Part shown: positions 57,765 through 64,000 of the stretch, one piece after another
Layout of the letters: the number at the start of each line of letters is the position of its first letter
Position numbering within the stretch: the first letter of the stretch is position 1
Source: Minisyncoccota bacterium
GTDB lineage: Bacteria; Patescibacteriota; Minisyncoccia; JAHIHE01; JAGLIN01
Direction: 5' to 3'
NCBI GenBank assembly: GCA_023142595.1
Contig: JAGLJF010000003.1
Span: 3,873-67,872, forward strand
DNA: 64,000 nucleotides
Notes under the pieces: model-generated
Told to the model about the DNA's origin: nothing
Database searches by the model: none
The model's input: the letters and a program-made list of their open reading frames with translations, nothing else
Made by a program: the position numbers and the translations under genes

Positions 57765-58829
57765 TTATAAATATTTAGCTTCAATACCACAAGCTCCTTC
57801 AGAAGAAACCATGCAGGCACCAATTGGATTCTCAGAAGTGCATTTTTTGTTAAACAGCTTGCAATCTTTTGGCTGCTTGAGCCCACGAAGAATGGCCCCA
57901 CAAATACATCCAGTGCTCTCAAGAGATTCTTCGACAAGTTCAGAATGACAAGATAAAATATTTTTATATTTTACCTTCGCATCATACTTTGAATATTTTT
58001 CTCTAATTTTTAAACCTGAATTAGGAATATTTCCAAGTCCTCGCCAAAATGCATCTCCATTTTCAAAAACTTCATCAACTAATTTTCTGGCGACAGGATT
58101 TCCTTCTGGACGAACACATCTGGTATATTCATTTTCAACTTCTTCTCTTCTCTCTGCAATCTGTTTCAAAAGCATATAAATTCCAAGCAAAACATCTTCT
58201 CCGCTAAAACCAGTAATAACCTGAGAAAGTTTGAATTTTTGATATAGTTCTGTTCCAATGATAGCTGAAACATGTCCAGGATTCAAGAAGCCGTCAATTT
58301 TCAAAGTTGGAGTATCAACCAATACTTGCATCGCTGGAATAAAAAGTTTGTGAGATGAATAAACAGTCAAGCCTTTTTTAATTGCATCTGCCGTCATTGG
58401 AGTTGTTGTTTCAAATCCCAGTCCAAAAAAAACTAAATCCTTTTTTTCTTTTTGTAATTTTAAAGCATCTTCAGTTGAATAAACTTCATTAACATCAGCA
58501 CCAAGTTCGCGCGCTTTATTGAGAGATAATTTTTGTTTTTGTTTATCAGCTTTTAAAACTAAATTTCCTGGCACTCTGAGAACATCTCCATAACAAGCAA
58601 TTGGAACATCATTTAAAGCTAATTTAATTATTGCATCAACATCTTTTTGGTCTGTCACACAAACTGGACACCCAGGTCCCGAAAGAAGCTTCACATTTTT
58701 CGGCAAAATCTTCTTGATACCGTTTTTTGCAACAGCTTCAGTATGCGTCCCACAAAGCTCCATAATCACAACATCGCGATTAATTTCTTTTGCAAGAATT
58801 TCAATTTTTTTTATTATATTTAATGTCAT
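57765..58829 (-). CDS. hypD: Hydrogenase maturation factor HypD
   Basis: Diagnostic motifs CGTHTE (CGxH), GPGCPVCV, C-terminal CxxC...CxxC. Contains a 28-bp MITE right-end fragment in-frame (57923..57950). Confidence 0.8.
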   Translation of the reverse strand: MTLNIIKKIEILAKEINRDVVIMELCGTHTEAVAKNGIKKILPKNVKLLSGPGCPVCVTDQKDVDAIIKLALNDVPIACYGDVLRVPGNLVLKADKQKQKLSLNKARELGADVNEVYSTEDALKLQKEKKDLVFFGLGFETTTPMTADAIKKGLTVYSSHKLFIPAMQVLVDTPTLKIDGFLNPGHVSAIIGTELYQKFKLSQVITGFSGEDVLLGIYMLLKQIAERREEVENEYTRCVRPEGNPVARKLVDEVFENGDAFWRGLGNIPNSGLKIREKYSKYDAKVKYKNILSCHSELVEESLESTGCICGAILRGLKQPKDCKLFNKKCTSENPIGACMVSSEGACGIEAKYL

Positions 58830-58876
58830 TTTTTAATAACCTAATTCGATTTAAACCGCTAACAAACACAAATGAT

Positions 58877-59096
58877 TGTCATCCTGAGTGAAACGAAGGA
58901 TCCCGTTATTAGTTTCATGAGGTGTTTTATAACGACTTGATGTACATAATCTCGGGATTCTTTACTACTATTCAGAATAACTGGATACACTATCATTCTG
59001 GGCTTGTCGAAGGATTCCACTGTTAGTTTTGTATAATATTTTATGACGATTTGATGTGCATAGTCGCGAGATTCTTCACTACCGTTCAGAATGACA
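58877..59096. mobile_element. Two tandem family-3 MITEs (~105 bp each; GTCATyCTGAGyG...GAAGGATyCC ... GGGATTCTT...TTCAGAATGACA) between hypD and hypC
   Basis: Copy 1 58877-58982, copy 2 58992-59096. Same family as the in-frame copy in hypF-Cterm and the partial copies at ~40370-40430. Confidence 0.7.
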
Positions 59097-59099
59097 ATA

Positions 59100-59309
59100 T
59101 TATTTCCCCTCCAACAAATCAGAAATTTCCTTTGCATCTTTGCTTGTTAATTTTTGAATTGCGAAACCAGCATGCACAATCGCATAATCCCCTTTTTTCA
59201 CATCAACTAAAGAAACATTCACCTCTCGTTCAATCCCGTCAAAATCAACCAACGCAACGTTGGTTTTTTTATCAACCGATTTTATTCTCCCCGGAATTGC
59301 TAAACACAT
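59100..59309 (-). CDS. hypC: Hydrogenase maturation factor HypC (HupF/HybG family)
   Basis: Starts MCLAIPGRI (canonical MC(L/I)(A/G)(I/V)P). 69 aa. Confidence 0.75.
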   Translation of the reverse strand: MCLAIPGRIKSVDKKTNVALVDFDGIEREVNVSLVDVKKGDYAIVHAGFAIQKLTSKDAKEISDLLEGK

Positions 59310-59336
59310 TATTATAAGTTTAAAATTTAATAATCA

Positions 59337-60371
59337 TTATTTATTTTTAATATATTTCCCTTTTGTCTCAGGAAATAAAATATTAATAATTTCCTTGGCC
59401 ACATTTCTTGATTTTCCAATTGCGGGAAAATGATGCATACGCAAACCAGGCGACGGGTTTAATTCAATTATTACGTAACTATTTTTTGTCGGTTTTTCTG
59501 AAATATCTTTATTAATCATTATATCAATTCCTCCATAAGCAAGTCCTGGTATTGCTTGAATTGTCTTCACGGCAATCATTTTTAGTTCAGGATGAACTTG
59601 ATCTGTAACGTCAATACTATCTCCACCTGTCGAAAGATTTGAATTTTTTCTAAGATAAATTTTTTTGTCAAAGGGTAGAATACTTTCCATTTCCTTTTTT
59701 TGCTCCTTGAGATATTGTTTTATTCTGTTATCTATTTTAATTTTTGTTAAAGGACACATATGCCCTTCACCTCTTCTTGGGTCTTGATTTTTGATTTTTA
59801 TCAATTCTCTAATCGAATGTATCCCATTTCCAACAACATTAGCAGGATCTCTTTGTGCTACTGCGAATACTTTGTTTCGCCCAGCAATAAATCTAAACTC
59901 TTTTCCACTAAATTCCTTTTCCACTAAAACATAATTATTTTTTTTCAAAATACAATTAATCGCCTTTTCGCAATTGTTTTTGTTGTTTATTCCAATAAAA
60001 ACTAAATCCCCATGAACACCATCAAAAGGTTTTATTACTATTGGATATTTAATTTTATCTATAAATTTATATACGTCTTCAATGTTTTTTTTGTTAAAAA
60101 GTTTTCCTTTGACGACACTTATTTTTACTCGTGTTAATAATTTTTTTGTCAGAGATTTGTTTTCCACTGCATAAGTCGCGCAAACTGTTGATTTCGAAAT
60201 ATTTGACCCCAAAATATATTCATAATGATTTTTATAAATTAATTCCAGAAAAGCCATCTCCTTTTGATAATTGTTAATATGATTTATTTTTATACCCCTG
60301 CTTATCGCTTCTTCAGCAAGAATCTTACTACTAATCATATTTATGGTTTTTGGTATTTTGGTATTTTTCAT
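59337..60371 (-). CDS. ATP-grasp ligase, cyanophycin-synthetase N-terminal-domain-like (standalone), paralog 1
   Basis: C-terminal IIELNPSPGLRMHHFPAIGKSRNVAKEIINILF resembles the CphA ATP-grasp tail (PGLRMH...G.PR.VA). No Mur-ligase domain. Confidence 0.55.
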   Translation of the reverse strand: MKNTKIPKTINMISSKILAEEAISRGIKINHINNYQKEMAFLELIYKNHYEYILGSNISKSTVCATYAVENKSLTKKLLTRVKISVVKGKLFNKKNIEDVYKFIDKIKYPIVIKPFDGVHGDLVFIGINNKNNCEKAINCILKKNNYVLVEKEFSGKEFRFIAGRNKVFAVAQRDPANVVGNGIHSIRELIKIKNQDPRRGEGHMCPLTKIKIDNRIKQYLKEQKKEMESILPFDKKIYLRKNSNLSTGGDSIDVTDQVHPELKMIAVKTIQAIPGLAYGGIDIMINKDISEKPTKNSYVIIELNPSPGLRMHHFPAIGKSRNVAKEIINILFPETKGKYIKNK

Positions 60372-60391
60372 AAAATTAAAATTACTTTATA

Positions 60392-61411
60392 TTATTTTGT
60401 TTCAGGAAATAATAAGTCAAATATTCCCTTTGCCACATCCCTAGGTTTTCCTTTGTATGGAAAATGTTGCATATCAAACCCAGGAGAACAATTCAATTCA
60501 ATAATTATATAACTCTTTTTTGTCGGTTTTTTTGAGATATCTTGACTAGAAAGCAGATCCACTCCTGCATATCCAAGTCCTGGAATGGCTCGTACTGACT
60601 TAATCACAATCTTTTTTAATTCTGGATGAACTTCGTCGGTGACATCAACGCTGTCACCACCAGTTGAAATGTTTGATTCTTTTTTAAGATAGATCTTTTC
60701 TTCTTTGGAAGGAGTATAATTTAAATCTATTTTTTGCTCATCTAAATTCTGCTTTACAAATTTATCTATTTTTATTTTTTGGTGAGGCTTTTCATAGTTT
60801 TCTCCTCTGTTTGAGTCGCAGTTCTTTATTTTTATCAATTCTCTAATCGTATGAATCCCATCTCCAACAACATTGGCAGGATCTCTATTTGCCACAGCAA
60901 AAATTTTATTACGACTTGCTAAAAACCTATGTTCTTTTCCATTAAACTCCTTTTCTATTAAAGCATACTTATGTTTCTTGAACACGATTCCAATCGCCTC
61001 CTTACATTTTTTTTCAGAATCAAGACCCATAAAAACCGACTCTCCATGACACCCATCAAATGGTTTTATCACAACGGGGTAACCTATTTTTTTTGCAAAT
61101 TCTAATGATTTTTCTAAATCTCCTTTACAAAATATAGAACCTTTTGCAACGCTTATGTTAGACCTTAGAAGAAGACTTCTTGTTATAGCCTTATTCTCCG
61201 TTGCATAAAATGCAGGGAATGATGTTTTTGAACTATTTTGTCCTTTAATATATTCAAAATGATTTTTGTATGAAAGCTCAAGAAAAGACATTTCTCTTTG
61301 ATTATTATTAATATGACTAACTTTTATCCCTCTTCTGATTGCTTCTTCAACAAGAAGAATCGTACTAAATGATTGAATGTTCTTTGTTATTTTTGTACTA
61401 TAATTTTTCAT
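60392..61411 (-). CDS. ATP-grasp ligase, cyanophycin-synthetase N-terminal-domain-like, paralog 2
   Basis: About 45% identical to paralog 1 (IIELNCSPGFDMQHFPYKGKPRDVAKGIFDLLF). 20-nt gap to the next gene. Confidence 0.55.
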   Translation of the reverse strand: MKNYSTKITKNIQSFSTILLVEEAIRRGIKVSHINNNQREMSFLELSYKNHFEYIKGQNSSKTSFPAFYATENKAITRSLLLRSNISVAKGSIFCKGDLEKSLEFAKKIGYPVVIKPFDGCHGESVFMGLDSEKKCKEAIGIVFKKHKYALIEKEFNGKEHRFLASRNKIFAVANRDPANVVGDGIHTIRELIKIKNCDSNRGENYEKPHQKIKIDKFVKQNLDEQKIDLNYTPSKEEKIYLKKESNISTGGDSVDVTDEVHPELKKIVIKSVRAIPGLGYAGVDLLSSQDISKKPTKKSYIIIELNCSPGFDMQHFPYKGKPRDVAKGIFDLLFPETK

Positions 61412-61414
61412 AAT

Positions 61415-62338
61415 TTAGTCAATATCTTTTAAAAACTTTATAATTTCTTTGTAATATATTTTTAAATATTTTTTATTTTCCAAATGAAGGCTTGGTGGCG
61501 AATTAATCTCTAAAACATAAGGATTCTGCTTTTTATCAAAAATAAAATCTATGCTATAGAATGTATTATTAAATATTTTTAATTTTTTCAAAATAGATTC
61601 TAATTTTATTTGCAATTTTGTTGGCATTAAATTAAGATCAACCATTGTTCTTTTTCCTCCTAAGGATACATTTGCCACCAAAAATCCCTTAATAGGCTCT
61701 CTCACATAAGATATTATCGGTTTATGATTTATAAATATTATTCTTAAATCATGAGTGCTTTTTGCTATTTTACCAAGACCTGAACTACTATCTATAAAAT
61801 CCTGAATAATAACAGGGTAATTGCCTACTTCCTTTACAATATTTTTTATTTCTTTTTTATCTAATATTCTTATATTCTTTCCGCCGAACCCTCTATCTGG
61901 CTTTAAAACTATTTTTGACTTAAATAATTTTGTCTTATTTATTAAATCTCTTTTATTATACGCAATGAAAGTTTTCGACATATAATCATTCAATATAGAA
62001 TAAGTCAAATACTTGCTTCCAAATATAAAATCAAAGTATGAATCATTTACTATTCTAATGTTTTTTGCTATTTCCTCTTTTTTTATTTTTATATATTTAT
62101 TTCTGCTATCACAAAAATCAAAAACTATATCTGGATATATTTCTTTTTCTTCTATCCATTTTTCATTTTTATAAGTAAAAGCCTTTTTAAAAAGTTTTCC
62201 ATAATTATATTTAATATGTGCTCGATAAAACTTTATACCTTTCTGAGCTCCCATTTCATATAATAATTCATAATTTTTTCTCTTATTTTCATCTTTTATT
62301 ATATCGCTATCACTGTATAAAATTAATACTTTTTTCAT
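61415..62338 (-). CDS. ATP-grasp ligase, RimK/GshB/LysX-like
   Basis: KPDRGFGGKNIRIL (P-loop-like ATP-grasp motif). YVLEINSPPSL. 3-nt gap to the downstream gene. Confidence 0.5.
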   Translation of the reverse strand: MKKVLILYSDSDIIKDENKRKNYELLYEMGAQKGIKFYRAHIKYNYGKLFKKAFTYKNEKWIEEKEIYPDIVFDFCDSRNKYIKIKKEEIAKNIRIVNDSYFDFIFGSKYLTYSILNDYMSKTFIAYNKRDLINKTKLFKSKIVLKPDRGFGGKNIRILDKKEIKNIVKEVGNYPVIIQDFIDSSSGLGKIAKSTHDLRIIFINHKPIISYVREPIKGFLVANVSLGGKRTMVDLNLMPTKLQIKLESILKKLKIFNNTFYSIDFIFDKKQNPYVLEINSPPSLHLENKKYLKIYYKEIIKFLKDID

Positions 62339-62366
62339 AATTATGTAATTAATAAAAAAATTTCTT

Positions 62367-63800
62367 TTAGGCTTTAATATATTTATTTTTTTGTTCCTTC
62401 CAAATTTGTATCGCTACATTTTTTATCTCATTTATTTCTTTCTTATATGCATTACAATTATTATATATTCCCAATCTAAGCAAATTAGGCATTAATTCTG
62501 GATCAACCTTTGACATATAAATATATCTATCAACACCAGCTTCTTTCATTTTTTTTGCCTCAATTTCACCCTTAAAATAACTTAGGTCTTTTGAAAAATA
62601 TATTCCTATTTCCCCATTATTATTTGGATCAAAACCTCTAAATATTCTTCTACAAGTTGACTCCGTTCTAAAAATAGCCCTTTTTTTACTAGTTTTAACA
62701 CTATTGCCTAGTGCTCTTTCTTCTTTATGTTTTAAATCAAAAATATAATCGTAAATTTCAGAAAAATTATAACCTTTTTTTGCCTTATTCATTGCCAGAA
62801 CAAAATATGGTAATGCCTTTATTTTAAAGTCTGTTACACCTAATATTTTTCCTCTGAGTTCTGTTTCATTTAGCAAGGCGATGCCTTCATGAACTGATTC
62901 CCAATTTTTACCAATAGACAGTCCCTTCAAACCTAATTTATCATTATAATAGTTTGACATTGCGTGAGCTCCAATTTCATGAGCTATAAGCTCAAGCATT
63001 TTAAGCAAGGATACTTTTCTTCCTTTTGGAACAAGAATGACGGGATATTTATATCTAGAGTCATTATATCGTACGTCTATAGCTCTAACCTCTTTAGTAA
63101 GAATAACCTTAAAATTACTACTTTTAAATCTAGCTTTTTCTAGAGCAATCTCAAAATATTCCTTTATTTCTTTATCATTGAGATAGGTTTTTTCTAAAAA
63201 TTCAATCCCTTCGTTCTTCTTTTTTAAATTTTTTTGATAATTCTTAAAAAATTCTATTTTTTCTGCATAACATTTTTCAGCGATTTTTACCAATTCTTCA
63301 TCAATATCTCCATAAGCGATTTTCATATAATCAAACGCTTTTTCTAAATTATTGTTTTTTAATTCTACAAGAATATTTATTTTTGCTATATAATTCTCGA
63401 TAACTTTGCAAACAACAATTTTAATATCTTTATTTTTTTCCTTGATAACTATTTTTTTTATATCTTCTAATTTTTTTATATCTTCTTCTAGCCTTTTTTT
63501 ACTTATTTTTTTCAATTTTGGATATGTAAAAGTAGGACAATATTTATTTTTTATATTTTTATTTTCATTTTTTCGTTTTTCAAGAAATAAATCAAATTCT
63601 TCTTTAAATGTTCTACCATCAGCTCCACTAGGTTCAAAATAATCATAAACCATTTCATAATTACCCCCAATTCTATCAATTTCAGTTAAGTGCTTAATTA
63701 ATTTCTTTTTTTGATACAAATTGATTTTTTTTGATTTTGATTTTTCTTCCGCCTTCTTAATCTCTAAAATAATCTTTTTAATTTTTTTATCGGTTTTCAT
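62367..63800 (-). CDS. Zincin-like metallopeptidase (HExxH) with QEGLA-like motif, DUF1704-like
   Basis: HEIGAH (HExxH) followed ~25 aa later by VHEGIALLNE (QEGLA-motif variant). 477 aa. First gene of the ATP-grasp operon. Confidence 0.45.
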   Translation of the reverse strand: MKTDKKIKKIILEIKKAEEKSKSKKINLYQKKKLIKHLTEIDRIGGNYEMVYDYFEPSGADGRTFKEEFDLFLEKRKNENKNIKNKYCPTFTYPKLKKISKKRLEEDIKKLEDIKKIVIKEKNKDIKIVVCKVIENYIAKINILVELKNNNLEKAFDYMKIAYGDIDEELVKIAEKCYAEKIEFFKNYQKNLKKKNEGIEFLEKTYLNDKEIKEYFEIALEKARFKSSNFKVILTKEVRAIDVRYNDSRYKYPVILVPKGRKVSLLKMLELIAHEIGAHAMSNYYNDKLGLKGLSIGKNWESVHEGIALLNETELRGKILGVTDFKIKALPYFVLAMNKAKKGYNFSEIYDYIFDLKHKEERALGNSVKTSKKRAIFRTESTCRRIFRGFDPNNNGEIGIYFSKDLSYFKGEIEAKKMKEAGVDRYIYMSKVDPELMPNLLRLGIYNNCNAYKKEINEIKNVAIQIWKEQKNKYIKA

Positions 63801-63851
63801 GGTCCTGAATTAATTTGAAACTGCTCTTTTTATTTTTTAAATAATAACTTA

Positions 63852-64000
63852 TGCTCCAAAAACCGTCTTCGCCTTCTTGCTTGGATCAACTAAAAATTTT
63901 CCCAAACTTCTTCTACCAATAATCACTGGGAATTCAAGATTGCTTCTGTCCGTAATAGACATTTTTGAAACAACTTCCACTCCAGACAAGACAATATTCA
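63852..64000 (-). CDS. Partial CDS (C-terminus only), unknown; upstream neighbour of the peptidase/ATP-grasp operon
   Basis: Open frame ...NIVLSGVEVVSKMSITDRSNLEFPVIIGRRSLGKFLVDPSKKAKTVFGA*. Runs off the window end. Confidence 0.3.

Noticed and set aside
58877-59096. Tandem direct repeats (here and at 44940-45000) as a possible CRISPR array
   Set aside because: Only 2-3 units. The units are long MITE bodies with TIRs rather than short repeats with unique spacers. No cas genes in the window.
58859-59137. 92-aa ORF between hypD and hypC
   Set aside because: It spans exactly the two tandem family-3 MITE copies. The reading frame is a by-product of the repeat sequence, not a gene.

Overview
The window is an AT-rich bacterial chromosomal segment, roughly one-third GC by eye (not computed). 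It has compact housekeeping operons, many small hypothetical membrane-anchored proteins, a ribosomal L19 with a K/E-rich tail, an archaeal-type isopentenyl phosphate kinase and TrbC-type pilins. Together these suggest a CPR/Patescibacteria-like organism; this is an inference, not verified.

I call about 60 protein genes. The housekeeping set is clpB, tsaD, infB, rbfA, rsmA/ksgA, pcrA/uvrD, nfo, family-4 UDG, rluD, rplS, nrnA, an SMR pump and a ZIP transporter. There are six tRNAs in two clusters.

The most notable content:
1. An operon of three ATP-grasp ligases plus an HExxH 'QEGLA-like' peptidase (59.3-64 kb). It is a candidate uncharacterised peptide-ligation or amino-acid-polymer system.
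2. A type IV secretion-like locus (32-41.6 kb). It has a VirB6-like polytopic protein, a PrgI/VirB3-like protein, a VirB4 ATPase split into two ORFs, and a VirB2/TrbC-like pilin fused to a Cys-rich domain.
3. An extraordinary load of miniature palindromic elements. There are at least four families (TGTCAT-terminated MITEs and REP hairpins), plus two REP-associated tyrosine transposases (RAYT). Several element copies sit in-frame inside coding genes (FemAB, HypF C-terminal domain, HypD, the RAYT itself), which is RPE-like behaviour.
4. A scattered, incomplete hyp set: hypC, hypD, hypE and a HypF C-terminal domain only, with no hydrogenase genes in the window.
5. A compositionally atypical island (22.7-25 kb) with translationally coupled small ORFs.
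6. A secreted thermonuclease-Excalibur gene followed by cassette-like repeats of Excalibur tail remnants and small membrane proteins.

No CRISPR array or rRNA was seen.
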